DNA of 50,055 nucleotides from Hormoscilla sp. (GCA_051439505.1 JBFRWI010000033.1:1-50055); one strand, 5' to 3'. Shown: positions 10,070 through 20,526, counted from the first letter of the stretch. The notes: generated by a model not told the origin, from the sequence alone. Made by a program: numbers and translations.

Positions 10070-10295
10070 AAAGCAAAGAAAGACCGATCGCCGGTACAAG
10101 GGCAAGGTCGGTGTCCGGTCTTTTAAGGGCCAGTTAAGCCTGCGACTCCCCCCCACGGACCTCGTTTGGCGGACACCAGAAGGTTGTCGCGTTAGGACTT
10201 CGAGATCATACGGATAATTTGCGAACAGCTGAGAGGATCTCCTTTCGCAGATTTTTCCGCTGATTTAAGTCGAAAACAGAGCTGCGAGGACGTTA
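10070..10295 (-). ncRNA. Candidate structured ncRNA immediately downstream of tRNA-Gly
   Basis: Nested complementary segments form a long rod (10196-10271), a second stem (10142-10189) and a terminator-like hairpin (10078-10123) with a T-rich tail on the minus strand. Confidence 0.55.
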
Positions 10296-10310
10296 TATTT
10301 CCCATTTGTA

Positions 10311-10382
10311 AGCGGACGATCGGACTCGAACCGACGACGTTCAGCTTGGGAAGCTGACATTCTACCACTGAATTACGCCCGC
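10311..10382 (-). tRNA. trnG: tRNA-Gly (CCC)
   Basis: GCGGGCGTAATTCAGTGGTAGAATGTCAGCTTCCCAAGCTGAACGTCGTCGGTTCGAGTCCGATCGTCCGCT cloverleaf; CCA not encoded. Confidence 0.97.
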
Positions 10383-10388
10383 ATTGTT

Positions 10389-10430
10389 GGTAGTAAGCGC
10401 TTTGCTCGCTTCGGCGAGCAGCTTACTACC
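10389..10430. repeat. Palindromic REP-like hairpin in the tRNA leader
   Basis: GGTAGTAAGC…GCTTACTACC with inner TGCTCGC-TTCG-GCGAGCA. Confidence 0.65.
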
Positions 10431-10455
10431 CAAGGCACTCTACTATTCTATACAA

Positions 10456-13400
10456 CTATTTCCCAACTGTCAACCTATTTGCCTCAAATTCAGATTTTAG
10501 CATGGGACGCTTGCGGTTCCCACCCCGGAACAACCCGAACAACCAGCGCTGGAAACTATCCACGTAGGTGAATAAGGTGGGCACCACCACCAGCGTTAAC
10601 ATTGTCGAAGTCGCGATGCCGCCGATAACCGAGATCGCCATCGGACTGCGCACTTGACCGCCGGCCCCCAATTCCAGAGCGATCGGGGTCATGCCAGCGA
10701 TGGTGGAGAAGGTGGTCATCAGAATTGGTCGCAGGCGAGAAACCCCAGCATCTTTAATTGCCTGGCGCTGAGCAAACGTAGAACCTTCCTTCATATTCGC
10801 TAAGGAACAGTCTACCAGCAAGATCGCGTTTTTGGTCACCAATCCCATCAACAGCACGATCCCGATCACCGCAAACAGCCCCAACTCCTTCTGGGTAATC
10901 ATCAGGGCCAGCAAGGCCCCACCCAGAGACAGGGGCAAAGCCACCATAATGGTAAAGGGATAGATAAAGTTATTGTACAGCAAGACCAGGATGGCATAAA
11001 TACACAGCACTCCCATTCCCAGGGCGGAACCAAAGCGAGTGAATATGTCCCGCATAATTTTGGCATCCCCAGATGGTTGTTGCTCTACTTCTTCTGGTAG
11101 ATTTTTTTCCAGCCATACATTCACCTGGTCTAAAGCTTGTCCCAGAGAAATGCCTTGCAAGTTTCCTTCCACCGATACCTTACGGGCCCGATCGAACCGT
11201 TCGATTTCCGCTGGTCCACTGCCAAGACTAACATCAGCTACGGCTAGCAATGGCACCACCCCACCATTTTGGCTGGGAACCCGAATATTTTTTAAGGTCT
11301 CCAGGTCATTGCGAAAGCTTTCTGCCAACTGGACGCGAATGGGAATTTGTCGATCTTCGAGATCGAACTTCGCCAGAGAAGAATCATTATCCCCAATGGT
11401 AGCCAGGGACGCAGTACGGGCGATCGCCTGCACGGAAACCCCCAGATCTGCCGCCCGGGCGGGGTCTGGTGTAATCAAGATTTCCGGCTTCACGAGACTT
11501 GCGCTAGAATTTACTTCCACTAAACCAGAAATCGAACGCATGTAGCGTTCCAAAGCATCTGCGAAGGCGCGAAGGGCCTGGGGATTTTCACTTTTAAGCA
11601 CGATCTGCAAGTCCTTATTCGCCCCAGCAGCACCCTGGGCCTGAAAACCGATCCGCGCCCCTGGAATTTCACCAAAAAAAGGTCGCATCTCCTGTTCAAA
11701 CTGCTTCTGGGATATTTCCCGTTCTGTCCTGGGCGTCAGGTTGACATAGAGTATCCCCTCATTTATCTTTCCTTCCCCAGCAATCCCCAGTATATTTTCT
11801 ACTATCGGGTGCTGCTGTAATAGAGAAGTCGTTTGTTGCATCACCCGATCGGTATTGTTCAGAGTCGCCCCCGGCGGCAAAATAATCGATACCGTACTCA
11901 AACCCCGATCGTAACCGCTAAACAACCCCTTGGGAATCAGAGGCACCAATTGCAAGCTACCGATAAAGAAAGCCACAGCCAACAGTAGAGTAACGCTCCG
12001 ATGCCGTAGGGCCCAACTCAACAAACTGATATAGGGTTGTCTCTTACCCTGCTTGCCATTCTTTATCTGTAAAGATTCTACCTTGCCTTTGAGCAAATAG
12101 GCTGCCAACATGGGCGTCATCGTCGTGGCTACCAGAGTCGAAAACATCGTCGATATCGCCACGGTCAGTCCAAAGGGTTGAAAGAATTGACCGGGGATAC
12201 CGCCCATAAATGCTACGGGAACAAACACTGCTACAATTGTCGCTGTCGTTGCCAAGACAGCCAAACCAATTTCTTTAGACGCATCCAGGGCCGCCTGAAA
12301 AGGCTTCTTCCCCCTCCCCAGATGTTGAGCGATATTCTCAATCATGCAAATAGCATCATCTACTAAGTTTCCCATTGCCAGGGCTAAAGCAAGTAGGGTC
12401 ATGCTATTGAGAGTGTAACCCAACATTCTCATCACCATAAAGGTGGGGACGATCGACAGGGGTAAGGCCAAGCCGGTTATCAAAGTGGCTCGCCAATCTC
12501 GCAAAAATAATCCTACCGTAATTACCGTCAATATCGACCCAATTACCAAAGCATCTATCGAAGCCTGATAGGATTCCCTGATATAATAACCTCTGGTAAA
12601 AATCAGATTAATAGAGATGTCTGGAGGTAAAGTTCTTTCTATTTCCTTTACCGCTGCCCGCACCCCTTCTTCTACAGTTACCAGAGTGCTGCCCGTACTG
12701 CGCAGCACCGAGAACCCGACGACTGTTTCTTGTTGAACTTTAGCGTCATCTTTAATCGTGAAACGCGATCGCTGACGGGGTTCGGCGGAGCCATCTTTTA
12801 CTTCTCCCAGACTGCTCAGAACTACGTCACCCCCATTGGGAAGCACAATTCGATAGTTACGCAAAGCTTCTACCGTTTTTGCACTTCCCAGAGTGCGAAT
12901 ACTATTTTCCGTCCCCGACAGTTCCGATCGCCCTCCTGGCAAGTTAATATTAAACGCCCGGATCTGATCGTTGACTTCTGTAGCAGTTATTCCCAAAGCT
13001 TCCAAGCGTTGGGGGTTAAGGTCTACCCGAATTTCTCGATCGACCCCACCGATGCGATTAATTTGGGATACCCCTGGAACCCTGAGCAGGTAACGGCTAA
13101 TTTTTCTATCCACTAAATCACTTAATTCTTCAATTGACCTTTGGGGGGAACTGACCACGTAACTCATAATTGCCCCCCCGATAAATTCCACTCGTTGAAC
13201 CACCGGTTCTTCTACATCTGAGGGCAAGTCTTGGCGAATTTGCGCGATCGCATTCCGCACGTCATTGGTCGCCCGATCGCTATCCGTTCCCAGATCGAAA
13301 TTGATCGTCGTCGTGGAAACACCATCTTTTACAGTCGATCTGAGTTCTTCAATATCCCCCAAACTCGCCACCGCATCTTCTACTTTTTTCGTCACCTGTG

Positions 13401-13587
13401 TTTCCAGTTCCACTGGACCCGCACCTTGCTGAGTTACCGTCACGGAAACTATCGGCACGTCTATATTAGGATCTTCATCAATTCCCAACATCATAAATGA
13501 CATCAATCCCACAATTGCTAAAATCATGAACAGCACCAATGTGGGAATTGGTTTTCTAATTGACCAGGATGATATGTTCAATGACAT
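10456..13587 (-). CDS. RND efflux permease (AcrB/AcrD/AcrF family)
   Basis: 1043 aa; GNLVDDAICMIEN, GLVTKNAILLVD, RLRPILMT. Confidence 0.97.
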   Translation of the reverse strand: MSLNISSWSIRKPIPTLVLFMILAIVGLMSFMMLGIDEDPNIDVPIVSVTVTQQGAGPVELETQVTKKVEDAVASLGDIEELRSTVKDGVSTTTINFDLGTDSDRATNDVRNAIAQIRQDLPSDVEEPVVQRVEFIGGAIMSYVVSSPQRSIEELSDLVDRKISRYLLRVPGVSQINRIGGVDREIRVDLNPQRLEALGITATEVNDQIRAFNINLPGGRSELSGTENSIRTLGSAKTVEALRNYRIVLPNGGDVVLSSLGEVKDGSAEPRQRSRFTIKDDAKVQQETVVGFSVLRSTGSTLVTVEEGVRAAVKEIERTLPPDISINLIFTRGYYIRESYQASIDALVIGSILTVITVGLFLRDWRATLITGLALPLSIVPTFMVMRMLGYTLNSMTLLALALAMGNLVDDAICMIENIAQHLGRGKKPFQAALDASKEIGLAVLATTATIVAVFVPVAFMGGIPGQFFQPFGLTVAISTMFSTLVATTMTPMLAAYLLKGKVESLQIKNGKQGKRQPYISLLSWALRHRSVTLLLAVAFFIGSLQLVPLIPKGLFSGYDRGLSTVSIILPPGATLNNTDRVMQQTTSLLQQHPIVENILGIAGEGKINEGILYVNLTPRTEREISQKQFEQEMRPFFGEIPGARIGFQAQGAAGANKDLQIVLKSENPQALRAFADALERYMRSISGLVEVNSSASLVKPEILITPDPARAADLGVSVQAIARTASLATIGDNDSSLAKFDLEDRQIPIRVQLAESFRNDLETLKNIRVPSQNGGVVPLLAVADVSLGSGPAEIERFDRARKVSVEGNLQGISLGQALDQVNVWLEKNLPEEVEQQPSGDAKIMRDIFTRFGSALGMGVLCIYAILVLLYNNFIYPFTIMVALPLSLGGALLALMITQKELGLFAVIGIVLLMGLVTKNAILLVDCSLANMKEGSTFAQRQAIKDAGVSRLRPILMTTFSTIAGMTPIALELGAGGQVRSPMAISVIGGIATSTMLTLVVVPTLFTYVDSFQRWLFGLFRGGNRKRPMLKSEFEANRLTVGK

Positions 13588-13588
13588 G

Positions 13589-13630
13589 GCTATTGCTAAT
13601 TGCTAACTGCTAATCGCTAATTGCTAATTG
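13589..13630. repeat. Heptamer STRR (GCTAATT)n
   Basis: About 6 imperfect tandem units. Confidence 0.8.
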
Positions 13631-13695
13631 TACTTGCTTAATTGTTCGTTTATGGCTATAGTTAACAATTAAGCATTATCCTAGAGTTATTTGCT

Positions 13696-15219
13696 TTAAT
13701 TGATAGAGGCTTCCGGGACTACCTTTACCCGATCGCCATCTTTGACAAAACCGGCACCAGCCACAATTACCCGATCGCCCTTTTTCAGACCCTGCTTAAT
13801 TTCAATTCTGCTCCCCTGGCCTGCCCCGCCAATGCTAGTACCTACTTCTACCGGTCGCGCCCGAGCAACATTATCGCCATCCAACAGATAGACGATCGCT
13901 CCTCCATCAGCTTGCCACTGCACCGCTTCATAGGGAACGGTCAAACCCTCAACAGTTTGGGAAGTAATGGCCGCGCGTAAAAACATCCCTGGCCGCAGCA
14001 ACGGATCCGAAGGCAAATCGATTTTCAGCGTTGCTTGACGAGTGGTAGCATCAACCAGGGGGGCAATAGATCGCACTCTGCCCCTGAGGGATATGCGGGC
14101 ATCAGCATCGGAAGTAATTTCTACAGGCACTCCTACCCGCACCCTCGATAGCTGAGTTTCTGGTATCTGCACCTGCAGTTCCAAAGCATTATCGGCAATG
14201 ATCGAAAACAGTTTTTGACTGCCATTAGTGACATCTCCCCGCCGGGCAATTCTTTCGGCGACAATGCCACCCGCCGGTGCCCGGACTTCAGTTTGTGCTA
14301 GCTGAGTTCGCAACTGCTGCACGTTCGCCTCGGCACTGCGCACGTTGGCCTCCGCACTACTTACGGCTGCTTTGGCACTTCTGAGTCGGGCTTTGGCGCT
14401 GCTGACGTTAGCTTGAGCACTTTGAATTTTTGCTTGGGCGCTGCTGATATTGGCCCGAGCAACTCGCACGGCCTCGGCAGCACTGCTGGCTGTGGTACGG
14501 CGAATTTCTAATTCTTGCAAACTAATGGCCCCATCTGTTTGCAATTTTTCATATCTTGCCAGTTCTCTGTCCGCTTGCTCCCGATCTACCCGCGCTTGGG
14601 CCAAAGACGCGCGATCCTGTTCCTTTTCAGCTTCCTCCTCAGCTTGGGCCGATAGGGCTTGGGTCACAGCTGCTTCTGCTTGGGTTACAGCCGCAAGTCT
14701 TTCTAGTAAAGTAGCCTTTGCTGACTCCAAAGCCGCGATCGCTTGGCTCTTTTGGGCCTGCAATACATCATCATCCAGAACCGCCATCACTTGCCCCGCC
14801 ACCACCACATCCCCTTCATCCACCAAAACTCGTTCGATCTGCAAGCCATTGGCCTGGGGCAACAGTGGCAGCAAGTCATAAGCCGCCACTGTACCGGTGG
14901 CACTGATGGTGCGGGCGATCGCCCCTGTTTCCACCGGTGCAGAGGTAACCGTTTGGCTGGGCGCTGTTGCGATCGCCGCTGGCTGCGCTGCTAAACTTTC
15001 GGGACTGGCTGGGGGGGAGTCTTCCGTTTGCTCCATTCTGCCAGCAAATATACCAATTGCCAGACCAATTCCCAGCCCGATCAGAATTTTCCCGATCCCG
15101 GCCTTGCCACTGCTAGCTGTTTTCTCGTCCTTGTCTAGATCTACATTCTCCCAAGTCTCGCCCTGTTCCGACTGTGGCGTGACTGCTGTTTTGCTTGCTG
15201 AGTATGCTTGTCCGGTCAC
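13696..15219 (-). CDS. RND efflux periplasmic adaptor (MFP/HlyD family)
   Basis: N-terminal TM, VLVDEGD.V..GQ lipoyl half, long Ala-rich coiled coil, V.AP.GG.V, LRPGMF. Confidence 0.95.
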   Translation of the reverse strand: MTGQAYSASKTAVTPQSEQGETWENVDLDKDEKTASSGKAGIGKILIGLGIGLAIGIFAGRMEQTEDSPPASPESLAAQPAAIATAPSQTVTSAPVETGAIARTISATGTVAAYDLLPLLPQANGLQIERVLVDEGDVVVAGQVMAVLDDDVLQAQKSQAIAALESAKATLLERLAAVTQAEAAVTQALSAQAEEEAEKEQDRASLAQARVDREQADRELARYEKLQTDGAISLQELEIRRTTASSAAEAVRVARANISSAQAKIQSAQANVSSAKARLRSAKAAVSSAEANVRSAEANVQQLRTQLAQTEVRAPAGGIVAERIARRGDVTNGSQKLFSIIADNALELQVQIPETQLSRVRVGVPVEITSDADARISLRGRVRSIAPLVDATTRQATLKIDLPSDPLLRPGMFLRAAITSQTVEGLTVPYEAVQWQADGGAIVYLLDGDNVARARPVEVGTSIGGAGQGSRIEIKQGLKKGDRVIVAGAGFVKDGDRVKVVPEASIN

Positions 15220-15593
15220 TGCTGTCTCCCTTTTGCTATCTCAGCCAACTATGCTTGGCTGCCTTTGTTTATAAAACTTAATAATTCTTTTTTGATTATG
15301 ACGCAATTTCAGCATTACTTCTTGTAAGATCGGAAATCGATCTCAATTCTGGCCATGAGGACTTGCCTACGAACTACGCCCATTCGCTCACAGCATCCCT
15401 ATGTGCCAGTGTTTGTCAAGTACCGATTGCGACTACCCAGTGGGACCGGTGAACTATCTCAGGCATGAAGCTGCCCCTCAAGCCAAATTAGAGGGGCAGA
15501 CCAAGCACGATGAAGCCAGAAATAGATATAGTAGTAAAAATAAGTTCCTTGAGGCTCTGGAGAAGGCAATAGCGTAAAAGCGAGTAACTAAAG

Positions 15594-16466
15594 ATGTTTA
15601 ACGCCACCGAAATACTAATTAGCAACTTTGTCAAAAATATCCGGGAAGGCTACAGCCGCACCTACGGGGGTTGGAAAGCTGACTACGCAGACATCATCGG
15701 CTGGGCGGGGAGTATGGCCCTGGAAAACATCGCGAACAGCGACGCCCTCTATCACAATGTCGAACACACCATCTTGGTGGGCTTAGTAGGGCAAGAGATT
15801 TTGCGCGGCAAACATATCCGCGAGGGAGGTGTATCCTGCGAAGACTGGTTGCACTATGTCATCTCTCTAGTCTGCCATGATATTGGCTATGTCAAAGGGG
15901 TATGTCGCCAAGATGGCAATGGCATGTATGCCACCGGCCAAGATGGAGCAATGGTTTCTTTGCCCCCAGGTGCTTCTGATGCTAGCTTGACTCCTTACCA
16001 TGTGGACAGGGCTAAATTGTTCGTAGACGAGCGGTTTGGCGGTCACAAGCTCATTGATGCTGAGGTGATTAAGCGCAATATAGAACTGACTCGCTTCCCA
16101 GTACCCAAGGCAGAAGACCATCAAGATACTATCTACTTTCCGGGTCTAGTGCGGGCTGCAGATTTGATCGGTCAGCTGTCTGACCCCCGATACTTGAATA
16201 AGATTACGTCTTTGTTCTACGAGTTTGAAGAAACGGGCACGAACAAGGCCCTGGGCTACCGACATCCCGGAGACCTGCGCAAGAACTATTCCAAGTTCTA
16301 CTGGAATGGGGTTTATCCCTACGTGAAAGATGCTCTCCATTACCTGTCCTTGACCCAGGAAGGCAAACAAATCGTGGCCAACCTCTACTGTAATGTGTTT
16401 GTGGTGGAACACGAACAGACTGCAGAAAGGGAGGAAAAGCTGAGACTGGCTGAAGCTGCGGCTTAG
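15594..16466 (+). CDS. HD-domain metal-dependent phosphohydrolase (Npun_R2479-like)
   Basis: YHNVEHT, CHDIGY, YHVDR, RAADLIGQL. Confidence 0.88.
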   Translation: MFNATEILISNFVKNIREGYSRTYGGWKADYADIIGWAGSMALENIANSDALYHNVEHTILVGLVGQEILRGKHIREGGVSCEDWLHYVISLVCHDIGYVKGVCRQDGNGMYATGQDGAMVSLPPGASDASLTPYHVDRAKLFVDERFGGHKLIDAEVIKRNIELTRFPVPKAEDHQDTIYFPGLVRAADLIGQLSDPRYLNKITSLFYEFEETGTNKALGYRHPGDLRKNYSKFYWNGVYPYVKDALHYLSLTQEGKQIVANLYCNVFVVEHEQTAEREEKLRLAEAAA

Positions 16467-16475
16467 GAGTAGACT

Positions 16476-17543
16476 GTGGACTGGTGGAGGAAACTGAAAA
16501 ATAATCCTTTGGCCCGGTGGGGAGCCTCGCTGCTACTGGTTTTCTATATAACTGTGATGGCAGCGGGCTTCGTCGCCCCTTATGACCCCTATGTGGGACA
16601 GCAGGATGGGGCGCTATTGCCGCCAACAAGGATTTACTGGCGCGATCGAGCGGGAGAGTTTATTGGCCCTCATGTCTATCCCACCACCCAGGGACCGGTG
16701 AACCTGGAGACGGGCGATCGGGCTCTGCTCCTAGACCGCAGCAAACCATCACCCTTGAGTTTATTTGTCAAGGGAGACCCCTATAAACTGTTTGGGGTGC
16801 TCCCGGCAGACATTCACCTATTCGGCGCTAAGGGTGAGGGGAAGCTGAATATTCTGGGGACGGACGAGCAAGCACGAGACCAGTTCAGTCGCCTAGTCTA
16901 TGGCGGTCAAATTAGCCTCAGTATCGGTTTAGTGGGAATTGCCATTTCCTTTCCCTTGGGAATGCTGATCGGGGGTATATCTGGCTATTTCGGCGGCTGG
17001 GCGGACGCAGTTTTGATGCGCCTGGTGGAAGTGCTAATGACCATTCCCGGCATATATCTGTTGGTGGCCCTAGCAGCAGTGCTGCCCCCAGGCTTGACAA
17101 GTACCCAGCGGTTTCTGATGATTGTGGCGATTATTTCTTTTATCCGCTGGGCCGGGTTGGCACGGGTGATCCGCGGACAGGTACTCTCGATTAAGGAGCG
17201 AGAATTTATCCAAGCGGCAAGGGTGATGGGAGCTAATCCGCTCTATATTATTGTCCGGCATGTCTTGCCTCAAACGGCGACTTATGCGATCATCTCGGCG
17301 ACGCTAGCGATTCCCAGCTTTATTGTGGCCGAATCGGTATTGAGTCTGATCGGCCTGGGGATTCAGCAACCGGACCCTTCTTGGGGAAATTTGCTCTCCT
17401 CAGCTACTAATGCTTCCATTTTGGTGTTGCAGCCTTGGTTAATATGGCCGCCAGCAGTGTTGATTATCTTGACGGTGTTGGCGTTTAATCTATTAGGAGA
17501 TGGCTTGCGGGATGCTTTAGATCCTAGGAGTTTACAACGTTAG
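16476..17543 (+). CDS. Peptide/nickel ABC transporter permease (DppC/OppC type)
   Basis: LGTDEQARD.FSRL.YG..ISL, EAA loop REFIQAARVMGA, PSWG, FNLLGDGLRDALDPR. Confidence 0.95.
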   Translation: MDWWRKLKNNPLARWGASLLLVFYITVMAAGFVAPYDPYVGQQDGALLPPTRIYWRDRAGEFIGPHVYPTTQGPVNLETGDRALLLDRSKPSPLSLFVKGDPYKLFGVLPADIHLFGAKGEGKLNILGTDEQARDQFSRLVYGGQISLSIGLVGIAISFPLGMLIGGISGYFGGWADAVLMRLVEVLMTIPGIYLLVALAAVLPPGLTSTQRFLMIVAIISFIRWAGLARVIRGQVLSIKEREFIQAARVMGANPLYIIVRHVLPQTATYAIISATLAIPSFIVAESVLSLIGLGIQQPDPSWGNLLSSATNASILVLQPWLIWPPAVLIILTVLAFNLLGDGLRDALDPRSLQR

Positions 17544-17802
17544 CACTCACTCCGGCATTGGCAAAGCTGGCAGCGAGGGATTTGAGATTTATCCAGATGC
17601 TAAAACGTTCGATCGCATAAGTCAGGCATGTCTCTACTCCTGTTTGAGCTAATTCTCTACCTAACTCTTCCGCCTCCCATCGACAGGAGTAAGCCCGCAC
17701 ATGGGCGTACAATTCACCTTCAAAATTAAACCCTTCTTGGATGCTACCATTATTCCAGTATTTGAAAAAGCTGACTATGTCTTCTGGTATGGCATACAGC
17801 AT
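17524..17802 (-). CDS. Small hypothetical protein (cyanobacterial type)
   Basis: AGGAG RBS upstream; F.YW…I..G…ELY…F.IW.NL pattern; converges on and overlaps the permease end. Confidence 0.7.
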   Translation of the reverse strand: MLYAIPEDIVSFFKYWNNGSIQEGFNFEGELYAHVRAYSCRWEAEELGRELAQTGVETCLTYAIERFSIWINLKSLAASFANAGVSANVVNS

Positions 17803-17942
17803 TGGTATTTTCTCCTGCTATTGATCTGCAGCAAACGCGCATATCAATAGTAGGACGACTGAATTTTTCTCGAAACCGCATAATTTCTCAACTTTGTGCG
17901 GGCAGATTACTGGAAAAATATCTCAGTATATTTACGTTTTAC

Positions 17943-18584
17943 TTATCGGCCTGGGTCGGTTTTCACTGGATGCTGTCCGTAGAATGGTAGGGCGTCTTGC
18001 CAACTAGGACGTTTTCCCTGTTGCCGGTCGAGATGGGCAAGTTCTAAGACGCTGAACGCACAAGCGCCAAGATCTGCTGGGGCATTAATAAGTTGGTAGG
18101 CAGTCTCCCAATGGTCGAGGGTTTGTTGCCAGATATCGGGGGTGCGCGCGCCATCTGGTAACAGCGGGGTGACTCCTTGGCTATTGACTTCGTAGATGGC
18201 GGTGAATAGCTGACCTCGCTGGGCGGGCATTTGTATGGCGAGATTACTAAATTCTACAGAACTGTGCGATCGGGCGATCGCCCCCAGGGAGGAGACTGGG
18301 AAGAGAGGAATATCCAACTGCTGTGCCAAGGTCCGGGCGGTGACGACGCCCATGCGGGTGCCCGTGAAGCTACCCGGACCGGTTGCTACCGCAATAAAGG
18401 CTAAGTCTGTCCATGTTTGGGGTTGGATAAATTCAGCTAGTAGCAGCTGTAGTTGGGCTGACAGTTCCCGCCCTAAGTCCCAGGTGCGATCGCGGCGATC
18501 GGAGGAAAAGTTGCTAATGGCTAAACCAAGCTGGGGACTGCTGGTATGGAGGGCTAAACCGTATAATGGGCGATCGGATGTCAC
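17943..18584 (-). CDS. tsaB: tRNA t6A biosynthesis protein TsaB (YeaZ)
   Basis: LALHTSS, AVATGPGSFTGTR.G, LPFYGQHPV. Confidence 0.95.
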   Translation of the reverse strand: MTSDRPLYGLALHTSSPQLGLAISNFSSDRRDRTWDLGRELSAQLQLLLAEFIQPQTWTDLAFIAVATGPGSFTGTRMGVVTARTLAQQLDIPLFPVSSLGAIARSHSSVEFSNLAIQMPAQRGQLFTAIYEVNSQGVTPLLPDGARTPDIWQQTLDHWETAYQLINAPADLGACAFSVLELAHLDRQQGKRPSWQDALPFYGQHPVKTDPGR

Positions 18585-18606
18585 GGCAAGATCTAGTTAG
18601 GTTGAT

Positions 18607-18853
18607 TTATCGTTTACTAGCGTGGAGAATGGTGATGCCAATAATCTCTTCGCGCCTATCGTAGCGGATAATGACATCATCATCGGTGAGTTCGCTATCA
18701 TCAGCTGGTAACGCTGGTTCGTGAAAACTGATGTAAAAAACATCTGCAAATGAAGTCGTAAGCAGTCCAGAAATCCCGCTTCGGTAATTTGTTCGTTACT
18801 TTTGCTAGTTGTAAGTATTGCTGGATAGCAATTTTCCATTCACCATTCTCCAT
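18607..18853 (-). pseudogene. Frameshifted DUF2283-like small protein
   Basis: Two frames join to give …IAIQQYLQLAKVTNKLPKRDFWTAYD/ADVFYISFHEPALPADDSELTDDDVIIRYDRREEIIGITILHASKR*; one extra base near 18750; start lies inside an STRR. Confidence 0.75.
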
Positions 18854-18885
18854 TTACCATTCTCCATTCTCCATTCACCATTCTC
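18836..18885. repeat. Heptamer STRR (CCATTCT/CCATTCA)n
   Basis: About 7 tandem units. Confidence 0.85.
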
Positions 18886-18897
18886 TCCTTCGATCTC

Positions 18898-20526
18898 TTA
18901 ACTGCGAACATAAAACAGCGGTAAACCCATCAATAAGCAGGCTAACAGCATGCCAAATCCTCCGGAGATCGACCATTTGACATGAACGAACCCTATAATT
19001 ATACATCCTAGCATCACGGCCTTCACTAATTTCTCTTCTTGAAAGTTTCGGTCTCTGCGCATCCAATTTTTCACGACCATGAACCCACCTGCTGCCATCG
19101 TTGCTACGATCGGATTCAATAGCACCATGCGGAAATTTAACACGAAGCTTAACATGGCAAAGGTTAATACATCCAGCCAAAACTTTCTATCCTGCAATTG
19201 TGTTAACCAGAATCTTTGCGTCTGATATTCAGCTAGCTTGACTCTTGCTGACTTGAATAATGACTTTTCTGGCTTTACCTGATAATCATGCTTCCACTCC
19301 GTTACCCGCTGCACTTGCCCAAACACTTTAATTGTTTCTACGGCTTCTGGCAAGCTCAACTCCCCGATCGTCTTGAGAATTTCTTTCCCTAAATAGGAGT
19401 AATTGATTGGCGTCCCTTTCTCTCGCTGGAGAACAATTTTTAAATATTTTTTCCCCCAAGTTAGCTTGACCTTTACCCAGTATTTAGTCAAGCTTGCCTG
19501 CAATGCTTCTTCTATTTTCTTCGCCTTTCTCTTTTCCGGCTGCAATGGCAGGACTTTGGGGTTTTGGGGTTGCGGTTTGGGTACTTTACTCGCCAAAACT
19601 AGAGGCGGTAAAGGCGGTGGTGGCGGCGCAACTAGGGGTGGTAGCGGCACAGCTGTGCTTGGTACTGTCGGGTTTAAGTCAGCGAGGATAGAGGCGGCTG
19701 ATGAATAGCGATGTTTGAGTGCATTACAGAGCATTTTATCCAGAATTTGCCCCAGGGATCTGGTAATTGGCGTTCTTAAAAAATCCCGCCACACCCAGCG
19801 ACCTTCCGTGCTATCATATAGGTCAAAGGGAGGAATCATTGTCAGCAGGTGAATGCAAGTCACTCCTAAACTATAAATGTCGCTAGCGGCTACCGCTTTC
19901 CCTAATAGCTGTTCTGGGGCCGTGTAAGCCGCACTACCTATGACTGTACCAGTCCTTTGCCCCGGGGGCGCGACTTTGGCCGCACCAAAATCAACCAGAG
20001 TCAGTTCCCCCGATCGCCTATTCCGACGGATGATATTCTCGGGCTTGATGTCCCGGTGAATTACCTGGCGATCGTGGATAAATTCTAAAACGGGTAATAG
20101 TTCGGACAGCAACTGCCGAATCTTTACCTCGCTGAAGGCCCCCTGACTTTCCAGTTCTTGGGCTAAATTTTGGCCATCAATGAACTCTTGCACTAGATAA
20201 TGCCGTTCGTCCTGGGTGAAGTATGCTAGCAGATGGGGAATCTGGCCATGGACTCCCAACTGTTCTAGCTGCACGGCTTCGGTGTAAAATCTTTTCGTAC
20301 TAGAGACATCAGGGCCTTGCTGAAAAATTTGCTTGATCGCGCAAAGTGGTTGAGATGGTTTGTACTCGTCCACTGCCAAGAAGGTTCTACCGAAACCACC
20401 AGACCCCAGGAGTTTGAGGGCCCGGTAGCGATCGGCCAAAAGTAAATTGGCCCCACAACCCGAGCAAACCGGTGTACCATCTGGGTTTTGGGGGTTCTGA
20501 CAAGCGGGATTAAAACAATAACTCAT
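18898..20526 (-). CDS. Ser/Thr protein kinase with N-terminal 4-Cys prefix and C-terminal TM helices
   Basis: YCFNP.C…C..CG, LGSGGFG, HRDIKPEN, DFG, APE, Pro-rich linker. Confidence 0.95.
   Translation of the reverse strand: MSYCFNPACQNPQNPDGTPVCSGCGANLLLADRYRALKLLGSGGFGRTFLAVDEYKPSQPLCAIKQIFQQGPDVSSTKRFYTEAVQLEQLGVHGQIPHLLAYFTQDERHYLVQEFIDGQNLAQELESQGAFSEVKIRQLLSELLPVLEFIHDRQVIHRDIKPENIIRRNRRSGELTLVDFGAAKVAPPGQRTGTVIGSAAYTAPEQLLGKAVAASDIYSLGVTCIHLLTMIPPFDLYDSTEGRWVWRDFLRTPITRSLGQILDKMLCNALKHRYSSAASILADLNPTVPSTAVPLPPLVAPPPPPLPPLVLASKVPKPQPQNPKVLPLQPEKRKAKKIEEALQASLTKYWVKVKLTWGKKYLKIVLQREKGTPINYSYLGKEILKTIGELSLPEAVETIKVFGQVQRVTEWKHDYQVKPEKSLFKSARVKLAEYQTQRFWLTQLQDRKFWLDVLTFAMLSFVLNFRMVLLNPIVATMAAGGFMVVKNWMRRDRNFQEEKLVKAVMLGCIIIGFVHVKWSISGGFGMLLACLLMGLPLFYVRS

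Noticed and set aside
10311..10382. tRNA-Gly as an integration site for an island
   Set aside because: No integrase and no duplicated tRNA 3' end found in the window
18597..18839. 80-aa ORF from the track
   Set aside because: The coding signal lies in the other two frames (DUF2283-like relic)
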